DNA of 64,000 bases, from positions 129,456,001-129,520,000 of the forward strand of contig OZ024740.1 in assembly GCA_964016885.1 (NCBI GenBank). Direction: 5' to 3'. Both the position numbers and the translations under genes were made by a program. Source of the stretch: Eledone cirrhosa. Taxonomy: Eukaryota. How positions within the stretch are numbered: position 1 is the stretch's first letter; every line of letters starts with the position of its first letter. Positions 40,455 through 54,400 of this stretch are shown in pieces. Under the pieces are notes generated by a model. The model was not told the DNA's origin. It was given only the letters and a program-made list of their open reading frames with translations, and searched no databases.

Positions 40455-40670
40455 TATATTTATTAAAATAACAAATTAAAGTTTAAGCAAAGAATCGCCG
40501 CTTTCACTCTTAACGGGATCTTCGTTAAGGGTGAAAGCAGCGATTCTTCGCTTAAACTTTAATATGTTATTTTAATAAATATTTGCTCTATGGTCTTATA
40601 TATTTTGATATATATATTATCCCCATCGAGCCCTCTTCGGAATTTAGTCTTCACGTTTATTATTATTATA
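40455..40670 (+). mobile_element. Fold-back copy of the U4A-HHR family (7280, 44023)
   Basis: Palindrome 40455-40583 centred on ttaacg-ggatctt-cgttaa, plus a ~90-bp extension matching 44095-44180. Confidence 0.82.
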
Positions 40671-40736
40671 AATACACAGTCACTGTGTATTTTTGAAAAT
40701 AGCATATATTTCCACTAGCTCTGACAGTTTGGCAGT

Positions 40737-40796
40737 CAACAGGAGCTATACTGATGAAGGGTGATACCCAGAATCATTAGTGTCTGCAGTTCTGTT
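40737..40796 (+). ncRNA. Hammerhead ribozyme relic (GAAA mutated to GAAU)
   Basis: gagcuaua-CUGAUGA-a-GGGU gau ACCC-a-GAAUC-AUUAGU-GUC-ugcaguuc; stem I extends with aaca/uguu. Confidence 0.6.
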
Positions 40797-40932
40797 CGCA
40801 TGACAACACAAGAGCAAGAATGAAGTGTTAATTCTCCTGAAATGTATAATTGCAAACGAATCGAATGTTATTATTAATATTCGAAAAACTCAGATTACAT
40901 TTATTGTATTCAGCCATGTAGAGAAACGTTCC

Positions 40933-40978
<46 letters not shown>

Positions 40979-40990
40979 TACATATAGTAA

Positions 40991-41105
40991 GTTATTCCGG
41001 GCTGAATCGGAGGTAACCACAGTAAGTAAGGTACTCAATACATAGCAGATGATTTTTAAAGAATGAAACAGTTCTAGTCCTGTAGAATCTCATCTATATT
41101 AAAAC
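40991..41105. mobile_element. Two-ended micro-insertion of the 21264-21457 family
   Basis: An inverted distal end (gttattccggg..tactcaatacatagcag) is fused to the forward HHR part (atgatttttaaagaatgaaacag..attaaaac), then (TA)n. Confidence 0.82.
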
Positions 41106-41859
41106 TATATATATATATACGTATATAAGTGCGCGCACACAGTCACGCACAGATACAGACACACACACATATATACAAATATATAGAGAAAAAGAGAGCG
41201 ATGGGGAGAGAGGGTGGGGAAGTGAAAAATAGAGGCTGGATTTACTGTCGTGTTAGTAAATGTTAAATTCAAATTGATGGCAGGAATATCCGAACAAGTA
41301 TTCCTCTTATCACCTATTTATCGCGGTACACTTCGGTGTTTCGATGACAATAATAGTAAATGTAAATTCTGTGACGAACAAGAAAAGGTAAACACACAAA
41401 AACAGTCGACAAAGGTGCAAACTTTTATTATTTAAGTGCTTGTACGTACAGAACGCCTGAGAAATAATATGTAAAATATTGGATATCATGGTCAGCTTCC
41501 CTGTTGTAAGACAAAGGACATGTAAAGACGACAAATAGATGATAATGCTCAGAGGACATTGTAGCACCTTGTACTTCAATTTTGTGTGTATGTCTGTGTA
41601 TGTGTATGTGTGTTTGTGTGTTTGTGTGTTTATGAATATTGAATTCATTAAGATATGTACATTTATCGTGAGAAATGTACCGTGTCCAATTTGTATTGAA
41701 CTTCTAAACATTTATCATGTACATTTTCCTTCATATGGAGTAAAATATCTAAATGTTCGTCTTTCGTACAGCTCAGAGACAGGTCTGTAGTTTTCTGGTT
41801 ACTCAAAATATGAATGTTCATTCAAATACAATCAGACTACGTTTAAACATGTTGCACTC

Positions 41860-42681
41860 ACCGTCCTCTGCCCGCTGGGCACCAGTATCGGAGGAACATC
41901 CACCTCGGCGTTCTATAGAGGACTAGTGTAGGGGAAGAGTGACAACGTTCTCGGAGGGATCCTGGGCGTCGAAAAAGATCAGCTATTTGCTCTCTTGCGG
42001 AGAACTTTCAGCCCAGGGCCTATGGATAACTTCCAAAAATCCCTGGCCTGGCAGTGCTACCGGGGAGCGTTTCCTGTTCGAGATAATCTCTACAGGCACG
42101 GAAGTGCCGTCAGTCGAGTCTGTCCGAGATGCGCGCAGAGCGACGAAACCGTCGTACACACACTCGTTCAGTGCCCTAGTAATGCTGACTTGTGGAGCTA
42201 TGTCGAACAGTTGCAGTCGTGTGGGTCAGATCCGGTTATCGACTGGGTTCATTGTGCAGATGGTCTCGTAGTCTTCCTTCGAGGAGGAAAGGCAGGCGTT
42301 TTCATCTGCCTGGTGCGTATGACGAAATAGATTGTGTGGTGGACAAGGTTGAAATGGTTAAAGACAGACACTTTCCTCTTCGGCGAATCCCCACTTAACT
42401 CTTTCAAATTTCACTTGAAGAGAAAAATCAGGGTGGAGAGGCAAGTGCTGCCTTATAGCATGTTTGTTGAAAGGTGGCTGAATATAGCGAGAATGGTCTG
42501 AGTGAACGGGACCGCTCTGGATATACGCCTGTAATTTGAGAAATGGATAAATTGAGAGAGGGCGCTTGCCTGGTGGTCAGGGTGGCCGTGGTCTTTTGTG
42601 TGGTTTTCGCCACGAATAACCCTCGGAGGCCCCCGCCCCCATTGGGGAATGTTTTCATTGTTTCACTTTTTCATTGTTATT

Positions 42682-42728
<47 letters not shown>

Positions 42729-42879
42729 TCTTAGTCTTTTTCTTTTTCTTTTCTTATATAAATAATACAAATCTTTACATGCACAAAACCCACATCGTAC
42801 CGTCCTGTACCGTGCTGTGCCGTCTGTAATGTTTTTCTTGATGTCAGTCCTTGTGGCCAATAAATAAATAATTATTATT
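41860..42879 (+). mobile_element. L1/Tx1 3' fragment with C-terminal zinc finger
   Basis: GPMDNFQKSLAWQCYRGAFPVRDNLYRHG..CPRCAQSDETVVHTLVQC; homologous to 61000-61730; aataaa tail. Confidence 0.9.
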
Positions 42880-43889
42880 TGTCACCTGCTTGTACATTTT
42901 TTCAAAGGTGCTGACAAGCAAATATTTAATTTCCCTCTAAAATTGTATTGTACTGAAAATATTTTACGATATGCTCAAATTCGAATATTAGACACTGTTT
43001 TGAAAGTGTTCTAACACTATTAAGAGTGTAAGGTTTAACCTTTCTCATTACAAATTATATTAATATCTACCCATATTCACAACGTCAAATTTCCGCGCTT
43101 ATGATTCACATCCCCAAACACGTCTCTGGCTTGAAATTCTACTAACAAAAATCCATTTCGCTAGTAATGCTAGTAAACGTTTTGTAGTTGGAAGTTTAAT
43201 CATATCGAGGAAGTTCGAATTTTTTTTTGTTTCTGTTATTGATGATATAGCTCATGCAAATTTCGGTCCCTTTGTGATATGTGTATGTATGTATTTTGAT
43301 AATAGTTGTCAATATTTAAATTCCATTTGAGTCTCTAGAAAATTATTTCAGCATTTGTCAGGGTTGTATATATCAACAGTTTCTTTTTTTTTATTTCGTT
43401 TTCTTTTAAGTAAGCCTATAGAACAAGAATTCATTGTGAATAGTGGTTGAACACAGAAACCACATACACACTCCTTCATGTTATTTAGATCAGATTCATA
43501 ATCAGAATATGTGGAAGCACCACCTTTACGAGGTGTATACTTTGTATTTGAGTTTACTTTGACCTCTTTTCGATATGAAAACATCGGAACAATGACAATT
43601 TTATTTATTTAAACTTGATTGCATTAAAAAGATGGGGTACTTTTACGGGACGTTGAAGCTGAATTGTAGTATTGTAAGATGGGTTCTTATGTATATCAAT
43701 TTTATGTAGGTGTGTCTTGGTTTGGTCATTGACATTATACAGCCCACTCATATCCCAGAAATACATCGGATATTCATTGGAGCAACCGGATTTCAGAGAC
43801 TGTCAAAAAAGCGTATTGGATGAAATTAACGATGTGAAATCCTGGAGGAAAGACGTCGGTTGCATACATATCCCCATTCTCTCTCTCTC

Positions 43890-44010
<121 letters not shown>

Positions 44011-44022
44011 ATATAAATATAT

Positions 44023-44071
44023 GTTTCAGAAGATCCCGTTAAGGGTGAAAGCACCGATTCTTTGCTTAAAC
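44023..44071 (+). ncRNA. Hammerhead ribozyme fold with U4A core variant (copy 2; element 44023-44183 between (TA)n tracts)
   Basis: GUUU-CAGAAGA-UCCC guuaa GGGU-GAAA-GCA ccgauucuu UGC-UU-AAAC. Confidence 0.58.
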
Positions 44072-44179
44072 TTTAATCTGTTATTTTAATAAATATTTGC
44101 TCTACGGTCCTTATATATTTGATATATATTTATCCTTATCGAGCCCTCTTTGGATTTTAGTCTTCAAATTTATTATTAT

Positions 44180-44269
<90 letters not shown>

Positions 44270-45514
44270 GGAGAGAGAAAACAGTATTATTTTGAAGATG
44301 TTGCACCAATCATAACGGATTTAGTAATCAACGTTTTGAATTACAGTCCATGAACACCAAAATATCGAGCGTTTATGTACCTGCTGTTACTTAAGAATAA
44401 TTCAACTGCATACTTAAGAATAATTTACGCATAACTGACATCTTCAGAAATTATCTTAGTTTATTACTAGGATGTCCTTCAAATGAGACACACGTTTGCA
44501 CATATAATGCATTACACGCATTAAACAAATTAATATGTGAAAGAGGGAAAAAATGATACTATAGATAATTGCATATTTATATACTGAGGGAATATTTCGT
44601 ATTCTCACGATGAAAATAATAATTGTGTATGGAGTACACTGATTTATACACACGGGATTTAACAACATACATTACGCACATAGAGACACATGCAAATACG
44701 TACAAATACACATTCACGAGGAAATTTCCAATAGTCTAAAGGGCAAAACAATAATAGCATTGATGAAAACGTTATTGATGAGAGTAATGTCAAAGGCCTA
44801 GAGGACAGTGTTGATGATGATGAGGGTGAAAATAATTATGATCTTGAATATAAAAAGTACAAAATAATCTCCCGTAAAGTTTTATATATTTGTAATTATT
44901 ATCGTTAAATCAAATATTGTATCGAGATGTGGATCGATCGATTAGATCAGTATTTGATAAAGAAATCAATCAATAGATAAATAGATTACTCCCATGAATT
45001 AATTCTCCCCTTAATTCCCACCAGGCGGCCAAAAGCAATAGTGGTATTACATTAATATATACACAATTTCATTTATATATATTCTATTTTTCGTTTATTT
45101 TATATGTTTGTTACTTTTTGTATCAGAAATCATATTTCATTTGCACTTCACACATTGCCGTTGTTAAAGAGGAATAATTGTTTAGAGATTCGAACGGTGA
45201 AGCATCTCGTTTTTAAAATACATATTTATACTTTCCATTTATATATGTGTGTGTGTGTGCGCGCGCGCTCGCGAGTGGGCGTGTATATTATATATTTTTT
45301 CAAGTAAAGAACGTGCTCGATTCTAGCCGCACTGAAAACCTCATGATCAAATCTGTGCCGAGCATATCAAAACCAAAAGAATAGTAGACAACACCATATT
45401 TCTGTCGTCTGCACATCAACAGATTATCATACAATCACTTTGATGTCTTGGAAATGCGCATAACAGGGTTATATAATAAACAGTGGATGTATACAGAAGA
45501 CCGTCTTTCTTCTT

Positions 45515-45606
<92 letters not shown>

Positions 45607-45855
45607 GGGGGAAGGAGAGTGAGGGGTGGAGACAGACAGACAGAAAGTGAGAGCAAAATACAAGCACCCGCACATATACACGAAAAAAATCCTGCTATGA
45701 GAAATGCCGTGATAAGAAGATAGACCAGATGTTTGTAATGTATCTATGGGTACGTTACACCAATAAGTTTGTCAACGTGAAATATTGGCATGCATAATAT
45801 TTCATACTCTTTTGAAACCTGGTGGAATGCGTTCCAACCATGAGCGTTCCAACCC

Positions 45856-45899
<44 letters not shown>

Positions 45900-45950
45900 A
45901 AGTGTGTGAGATCCTTGGTACAGTTAGGTATTTTTGAAAAAAAAGAAAGG

Positions 45951-46084
45951 AATGACTTCACTTGTAGTGTTAACAAATTTTATGATTTAATGTTGTAATA
46001 TAATATAATATTATGAGTTGGTAAATTATATTATATTATAATCTTAAATCATGAATTTTTTTAACACTACAAGTGAAGCCATTC
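45951..46084. repeat. Fold-back palindrome (~60-bp arms)
   Basis: aatgacttcacttgtagtgttaa..aatataatataat vs attatattatatt..ttaacactacaagtgaagccatt. Confidence 0.85.
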
Positions 46085-46119
46085 TTGTCCTTTATAAAAA
46101 AAATATATATATATACTGC

Positions 46120-46330
46120 CCAAATTTAGGCACTAGTACGCTAAGTTTGGGGAAATGGAAAGTTGATTTAAATTAATTCCAGTACTTGACTGGTACTTTG
46201 TTTTATTGACCCCAGAGAGATCAAATGCAAAACCTATCTTGGCGGGTTTTGAATTCAGTTTGTGAAACGCCAGAACAAATACAGAAAGTCATTTTATCCG
46301 ACGTTCTATCAATTCTACCAATTCACCACT
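46120..46330 (-). mobile_element. Diverged tRNA-derived SINE
   Basis: Reverse complement gives gtggtgaattggtagaatt..gaattcaaaacccgcc..ggggtcaataaaacaaagtaccagt. Confidence 0.75.
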
Positions 46331-46553
46331 CTTAATGCAGTAAATAATAAAATGAAACTTCGCATAAAATTATGAATTGTGTTAATAGTCTAGACATTGA
46401 ATTTCGAAACTATATAACTTCTGAAAAAATGTGTTGATCTTGTAAAACAATCTGCAGAGAACTAATTAAATGATGAGAGATACTCGATGTGAGGTTATCA
46501 CTATCATGCTTACTGTTCTAGCAAATCCCTCAGCCGACGTTATTAAGTCAAAA

Positions 46554-46738
46554 GCGGTGGATTGGCAGTATCGGTAGAGAGTCGGACACCATGCTTTCCA
46601 GCATAGTTACGTCCCTTTACGATCTGAGTTCAAATCCCGCCGAGGTTGACTTTGCCTTTTATCCTTACGGGGTCGATAAAATAAAGTATCAGTAATACAC
46701 TGGGTAATTGCTGGCCTTGTGCCTAAAGTAGAAACAGT
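46554..46738 (+). mobile_element. tRNA-derived SINE with TSD
   Basis: A-box tggcagtatcgg and B-box gagttcaaatccc. Flanking direct repeat gttattaagtcaaaagc at 46539-46555 and 46737-46753. Confidence 0.92.
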
Positions 46739-46887
46739 TATTAAGTCAAAAGCTTAAAAATAAATTCCAATTCTTCGCTGTTTCAACAAGGTTATTCTCT
46801 TACATAAACACATTCTCAAGTCAGTCAAGATTGTTTTTTTAGAATCAGTTTTAAAACGCAGATTATCAAACATTATTTAGTACTTAT

Positions 46888-47068
46888 GGGCAGTGGATTG
46901 GCACTATCGGTAGAGGGTCGGACGCCAAGCATAGAGTTACGGCCCTTGCCATTCTCAGTTCAAATCCCGCCGAGGTTAACTTTGCCTTTCATCCTTACGG
47001 AGTCGATAAAATAAAGTACCAGTAATACACTGGGATAATTGATGGCCTTGTGCCAAAAGTAGAAACAA
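46888..47068 (+). mobile_element. tRNA-derived SINE with TSD
   Basis: Same family. Flanking direct repeat attatttagtacttat at 46872-46887 and 47068-47083. Confidence 0.92.
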
Positions 47069-49901
47069 TTATTTAGTACTTATTTATTCTTCTATGCAGC
47101 TGAAGTACTAACAGTTACCGCTTTGTATATATATGAGAAGTGGGAGAAGGATTGAGAGGGGGAGGGGAGAGAGATGTCAACAATGATAAAGGAAAACAAA
47201 CGACAACAGTTAAGACTGAGAACATGTTTTCAATGAGTGGGGAAAGAGGAAAGGCGACGTCCGCAGCAATGTGTTTTGATCTCATAGCACAGAGAGTCGG
47301 AAATAATAACTCAGATCATTCTAAGGATTCAGCCGCCTCGTCGATTTTTATGTAAAGACATTTTCTGAAATATTGAATGAACTATACATGGATTGAGAAA
47401 ACACTAGGCTTAGAATTATTTTATTCTTTTAATAAAATTCCTAGTAATTCAATAACATGTGTATACAATTTACAAAGCAAATGTTTCTTTGAACAAAATC
47501 TCATTCTTCAATCAAACAAATATATTGTTTGTTTCATTTAAATTCATGTAGCAAGTCAAATTGTGTACAAACAATAATGAACATGGTACTTATAGTTTTG
47601 TTACATATTTATTTCTATAAATAAAAAGTATCAAATGTTGAGATCTTTCCTTTCTTCAATTGAACATATAAACCTTATTTCAACTGAATCAGCGATTTCA
47701 TTAAAGATCCTTTAAATTTCATATTTCGTCTAACATTGAATGGTTTTATGAACGTTGCACTAAACCACAAGTTATTTCACTAAGTATCAGAGAAAGTGTA
47801 TTAAAAATGGTTCTAAGGGAGACTTTTCTTCACCATCTGAACTGAACCATTGTGGTTTTGATAACTTTTTCTGGGGTGATGATTCTGTTATCAATGCCTA
47901 TGCTTACTTTTTTTTATTGAGATTTTATCTTCAATCCAAAACCTGTGTACCATTTGCATCTCGTTGACAACATTCTTGACAATTAAATTGCTTTTATGAT
48001 AGTGTTTTCTCATAGGCAATCCTAGGATTCCTATGGAGGCTTTATCGGTGTCATATTTGAAAGTATTCTAGGAAGCTACCAGGTCATAGTAAATATGGAC
48101 ATAGTCGAGAGATGAGTCAAGATTTGCAAAGCATTCTAGCCTCCTATCCGTGGATTTCAAAGCACATGAACCAAGCTTAGAGATAGTTAACATTTGAAGA
48201 TGACTTTTGTTGGGAAGATTGAATGATACCTGAGTGCGAAAGAGTGTGTGATCTGAGAGTTAGCAGTGTGAAAAATTGAGTTATTTTGAAATATTTCAGA
48301 TCACGCTATTGTGTGGTGGCATAGGAGGCATATATGATGTATTATGGTGTGCAGGTTGTTGTAAAAGCTTAGTTCCTTAGATGGCATTCTTGCAGAGTGA
48401 AATCTGTCTAAGTCCATTTAATTTAGTAGCTCCGACTGCAATAAATTCAGTCACGTCATGTGAGAGTTACTTCCAGCCGTAGCTTTGAATCTCATCCTAT
48501 CATGAGTTTTCTCTTGTATGGAACAGTGAAGCGAATCATATAATGTTTCGATATTCTACACAGATAAATAGAGTGTTGGAGCTTAAATACTCATTAGTGT
48601 ATCAGAGGTGATGTTCGCTAGATCTAGAAAAAGAGTCATGTTACGGTCACTGACTCATTTGAATTAAGGTATTTAACAATACCAAATGTTATAATAAAAC
48701 CAGCACCAGATCTTTTTCACTTATTCCGGACGACAAGTCTTTGATCAACTACTTCCATGTCTTCCATAATAGATGTGCTGGGGAATCGGGTTCCTCTTAT
48801 GGCACATGTATTGATATAATATTTACTTAGTGCATTGCAAATTAAGGCTTATGTTCTGTCCGGATTTGAACTGCTAACTCAGAGTTTTCTAACATATCAA
48901 AAACAAACATTTTAATTTTGTTTATTGTGTTACCTCTTAATTAATTATCCAGACCACCGGCGTTGACTGCCAAGTTAAAGGATAAAACGAATAATGTTTA
49001 GGGCGTTAGAGGCTCATTTCCGGTTCGCGGCTTCTGTAGGGAAAGCAGAGCTATGTCTACAAAGACAATATTTTTCAGTATAAAAGGAGGCTGGCAACAT
49101 AAATTGATCGTGTTCTGTGCACGAATGGCCAGCACAGTATGATCTCCATATTGTTGAGTTCCATCTAAGTAATTCATGTAATACTCTTTATTTGTCCTCG
49201 TTGCATTTGATCTTTTACCAGTGGGGTTTGTATTAACAGGGAAATATCAAATAAATAGAACTAATAGAGTTGTTGAGTGACCAGAACAATTGAATTGTTT
49301 ATAGTGGTGAAGGCTTGACTTTAACCAGCCAGACATTTTGGAAATGTGGATAAAAACAGGATTTGTCCCATTAAGCCAGTATTGGATGAAATCTCAAGTG
49401 ATGCAGCTCCCGTTGTAAAGGTATCAGTTTAGTCGCACACAGTGTTCTAAAACCACTTTCATCACCAAGAAAATTGATGGGCTTTTTTGGATCAGTCAAA
49501 CATGATCTGAACATGTGATACATATAGATGTAACTTTCTATTATAATTTAAATTTGATTTCGTCGGTTGAGTGCTTTGGTTGACTGAGCAACCTGCTTCT
49601 AACCTTAGCATTTTCCGCCATTTTACCTCTATAGTATATCCTTTCAGGCTATTTTAAAATTGATAGTAGTTAATCAAGTTAGACTGGTGAAAGAGAGACG
49701 ATTAAAGTCTGAGTTTGTTCATTCTGGGTAAGATTTATCATGAGTGTTTGTAGTTACGTAACATGAATTTCTCAGCGTGTGAGCAGCGGATAAAATACAT
49801 CAGAAACGCATCTTCAATTTTAATGTTTAGTAACTTAGTGGTATAATGCCGGAAATTATGAATCGACTGAAAATCATCAAATACTTGCCAAGTGGACCAT
49901 A

Positions 49902-50075
49902 TTCTTCTTCTTCTTCTTCTTCTTCTTCTTCTTCTTCTTCTTCTTCTTCTTCTTCTTCTTCTTCTTCTTCTTCTTCTTCTTCTTCTTCTTCTTCTTCTTC
50001 TTCTTCTTCTTCTTCTTCTTCTTCGTCTTCTTCTTCTTCTTCTTATTATTATTATTATTATTATTGTTATTGTTA
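49902..50075. repeat. (TTC)n + (TTA)n microsatellite at the 3' end of the R4/Dong copy
   Basis: Read directly from the sequence. Confidence 0.95.
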
Positions 50076-51370
50076 TTCCTTGAATCTCAGTCATTGATGT
50101 TGGTTAACTGGAAAGTCCGTTGGATTGAATATCAAGCCACTACCTGCAGCCTCAGATATTCAGGACGTATCGGAGGGTTCTTGCTGTTCCAAGCAAGCAT
50201 GCCTTTTGAAGCGTTCCAAAAAGCGTGAAGGGGCCGATTTTCTTTAACCATCCCTGGAAACCTTTGGAGATAGTCCCCAGTGCGCCTATGACAATCGGGA
50301 TCACTTTGACTTCATGGCAGTTCCAAATCCTTTTCACCTCCCACTTTAGGTCCTGGTATCGGTTAATTTTCTCCCTCTCCTTCTCTTGCACTCTCGTGTC
50401 GAACGGGCAGGCCACATCCACAATCAGGCACGATCTTTTTTCTTTGTCCACAACCACCAGGTCAGGTCTATTGTGTTCCAGTTTTTTGTCCGTCTGTATC
50501 CTAAAATCCCACAGCACCTTCACCTGACTGTTCTCCATCACCGCCTCTGGCCTATGCTCATACCATTTCTCAGAATGTGGTAGATTGTTTACTTTGCACA
50601 GGTGCCAGTGGATCACCCTGCCCATCACATCGTGTCTCCAGCCGTTATAGTGGGTCTGGGCTAGGTGTTTACACTCGGACACAATGTGAGCCACAGTCTC
50701 CTCTCTCTCTACACAGATCCTGCACAGTGGGCTAGCCTCCTCCTTGTAGATATGGTGCTTCAACCACTTCGTTTTGAGGGCCTGCTCCTGCGCAGCCATT
50801 AGCATTCCTACTGTAGCCTTTTTGAGGTCTCCTCTTCTCAACCAGTTCCATGTCTGTGGATCTCTAAATTCAGTTTTCTCAAAGAAGGTACTATGAAGGG
50901 ATTTTCCCTTAAGGCTGCTCTTCCTCCTTGATGTTATTTCCTCCTTGGACATCCCCTGGCCTACTGTCCCCTCCTTCAGTACAGTTCTGAGCATTGGCTC
51001 CTTACTATAGGTCACGTATTTGTATAGGTTGTTTTTCTCCATCTGAACACAGTCCTCTATGCTGATAATACCTCTTCCACCCTCAGATCTCCTTAGGTAG
51101 AGTCTATCGACATCACTCCTCTTGTGGAACATGTTGTAGATAGTCAATAGCTTCCTAGTCTTCCTATCCATTTCTTTTTGTTCAGCAACATTCCATCTCA
51201 GAATTCCCGCACTGTACCTAATAATAGACACAGCTCGGGAATTTACTGCGCTTATGGCATTTCTGCTGTTCAGATGTGACTTCAATACGCTCCTTACTCT
51301 TCGAATGTATTCAGTTCTTAACAATTCCTTCATTTTTTTGTTCTTTATGCCATCAGCCTCCAGAACGCCC
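50076..51370 (-). mobile_element. 5'-truncated R4/Dong-type non-LTR retrotransposon (tandem copy)
   Basis: Near-identical to 51423-52720. Uninterrupted 393-aa ORF (50152-51333) with CCHC motif (CRIC..HIVSEC) and RLE motif RPDL..IVDVAC. Confidence 0.93.
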
Positions 51371-51422
<52 letters not shown>

Positions 51423-51423
<1 letters not shown>

Positions 51424-54400
51424 TTGTTATTCCTTGAATCTCAGTCATTGATGTTGGTTAACTGGAAAGTCCGTTGGAATGAATATCAAGCCACTACCTG
51501 CAGCCTCAGATATTCAGGACGAATCGGAGGGTTCTTGCTGTTCCCAGCAAGCATGCCTTTTGAAGCATTCCAAAAAGCGTGAAGGGGCCGATTTTCTTTA
51601 ACCATCCCTGGAAACTTTTGGAGATAGTCCCCAGTGCGCCTATGACAATCGGGATCACTTTGACTTCATGGCAGTTCCAAATCCTTTTCACCTCCCACTT
51701 TAGGTCCTGGTATCGGTTAATTTTCTCCCTCTCCTTCTCTTGCACTCTCGTGTCGAAAGGGCAGGCTACATCCACAATCAGAAACGATATTTTTTCTTTG
51801 TCCACAACCATCAGGTCAGGTCTATTGTGTTCCAGTTTTTTGTCCGTCTGTATCCTAAAATCCCACAGCACCTTCACCTGATTGTTCTCCATCACCGCAT
51901 CTGGCCTATGCTCATACCATTTCTCAGAATGTGGTAAATTGTTTACTTTGCACATGTGCCAGTGGATCACCCTGCCCATCACATCGTGTCTCCAGCCCTT
52001 ATAGTGGGTCTGGGCTAGGTGTTTACACTCGGACACAATGAGAGCCACAGTCTCCTCTCTCCACAGATCCTGCACAGTGGGCTAGCCTCCTCCTTGTAAA
52101 TATGGTGCTTCAACCACTTCGTTTTGAGGGCCTGCTCCTGCGCAGCCATTAGCATTCCTTCTGTAGCCTTTTTGAGGTCTCCTCTTCTCAACCAGTTCCA
52201 TGTCTGTGGATCTCTAAATTCAGTTTTCTCAAAGAAGGTAATATGAAGGGATTTTCCCTTAAGGCTGCTCTTCCTCCTTGATGTTATTTCCTCCTTGGAC
52301 ATCCCCTGGCCTACTGTCCCCTCCTTCAGTACAGTTCTGAGCATTGGCTCCTTACTATAGGTCACGTATTTGTATAGGTTGTTTTTCTCCATCTGAACAC
52401 AGTCCTCTATGCTGATAAGACCTCTTCCACCCTCAGATCTCCTTAGGTAGAGTCTATCGACATCACTCCTCTTGTGGAACATGTTGTAGATAGTCAATAG
52501 CTTCCTAGTCTTCCTATCCATTTCTTTTTGTTCAGCAACATTCCATCTCAGAATTCCCGCAATGTACCTAATAATAGACACAGCTCGGGAATTTACTGCG
52601 CTTATGGCATTTCTGCTGTTCAGATGTGACTTCAATACGCTCCTTACTCTCCGAATGTATTCAGTTCTTAACAATTCCTTCATTTTTTTGTTCTTTATGC
52701 CATCAGCCTCTAGAACGCCCAAATAATTGTATCCTTCCTCAGAGTCAATTTCCCTTATCATCTCACCTGTTGGTATCTGGATCCCGTTACTTCTGCTCAA
52801 CCTACCCCTCCTCATCACAATGACTCCACATTTACTAATACCAAACTGCATACATATATCACTGCTGAAAATACGGACAGTGTCAACAAGCACATCCAAC
52901 TCCTTCTCACTTTTCCCGAAGAGCTTAAGATCGTCCATGAAGAGGAGGTGATTGATGGTAAGCTCTCCCTTTCCCAACATGTATCCTGCTCTCACTTTTC
53001 GCAGCATAATGGTCAAGGGCATCAGGGCAAGGACAAACAACAGATGGGACAGGCTATCTCATTGGAAGATACCTCTCTTGATCTTCACGCTTCCCAAGGA
53101 TACTCCAGTTGATGTCAACTCTGTCTCCCAGGACCCCATACTCCTGCCCAGCAACTGTCTGATGTTATCTGCCACCCTGAAGATCTCCAGGCTTTTGGTG
53201 ATCCAAGAATGAGGCACCATGTCAAATGCCTTTCTGTAGTCTATCCATCCCATGGCAAGATCAGTGTGTCTCCTCCTGCAATTCCCCATTACCATCTTAT
53301 CAATAAGTAACTGGTCCTTTGTACCACGTGACTTCTTTCGGCATCCTTTCTGTTCGTCCGGTAACAAGTTGTTTGTGTGGAGGTGATGGTAGATTTCCTC
53401 AGACACAATGCTCGTCAACAGTTTCCACATTACGGACAGACATGTGATAGGTCTATAGTTCGTAACATCATTACCCTTGATTCGGTCTTTCATTATCAGA
53501 ACTGTGGTACCTTTTGTCAACCACTCTGGCACCTCACCCGACACCAAGCAGTAATTGAACATGGCCGTCAGCTTCGGGTGGAGGGATGTTAAATTTTTAA
53601 TCCAATACCCCTGCACACCATCTGAGCCTGGTGATTTCCAGTTGGTTAGTTTTTTGGCCTGCCCCTTAAGAGTTTCAACCGTGATACTCAAATCAGTTTG
53701 TTGGTGTGCCTGCTCACCGATCTCCCTCTGTACTGTCTCAATCCACCCTGCCTGGACATTATGTCTAACATCCTGCTCCCATATTCCTCTCCAGAATGTT
53801 TTAGTTTGCTCCGCCCTAGGGATCAAGTCGTTGCCTCTTTCTTTCCCCTCAAGCTGTACAAACAACATCTTCTGGTTGTTGTCGAACATGCGGTTCTGTT
53901 TATACTGACTGACTCTGTTCTCGTATCGCCTGATTTTGGCACTCTTTGCTACTATGCGTTGCTTCAGTTCTCTATGATAATATTTAGCTTTTTCCTCCTA
54001 GTTTTATACTTTATTTCCAGTCTATTTTTAGTGCCTATGTTTTTTAGTGTCCCATTCAGTAGTGACTCAAGCTTTCCTATGTCATTTCTCATTTCCCCGA
54101 TTTGACCACTCAGTCGTTTCTTCCACCACGGCTCTGCTCTTTCTTGTCTGTTGTTTCCTCTCGCTTTTATACCAAGTAGTTTCCTCACCGTATTTGCTGT
54201 TGCTTTGAGGATATTGTTGCACTGGTAAAGGCTCCTCGCCTCAAGGTATGGGATGACTTTGTTTACCTTAGCTGTTGTTTCTTTTAACTTTTTCCTGTCT
54301 ACAAATCTTAGGTTCATAGGTCTCCCACTATCATTGTTCAATTCATCTACCACTAAATTTAGGATGTCAACCGAAACTTGTCCTAGCCCGTCAGCATTCA

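Noticed and set aside
41283-41387. Exon-like segment ending aag|gtaaac with CKFC
   Set aside because: Poor acceptor, no recognisable domain and no neighbouring exons.
43030-43860. Possible piggyBac relic or exon (TTAA-CCT start, acidic patch, tag|gtg acceptor)
   Set aside because: Motifs too weak; no partner terminus or convincing reading frame.
46554-46645. tRNA gene-like A/B boxes
   Set aside because: No closed cloverleaf; they are SINE heads followed by a shared body and TSDs.
49738-50097. Poly-Arg/Ser/Leu ORFs (also poly-S/L/T ORFs at 17743-18236)
   Set aside because: Artefacts of trinucleotide repeats.
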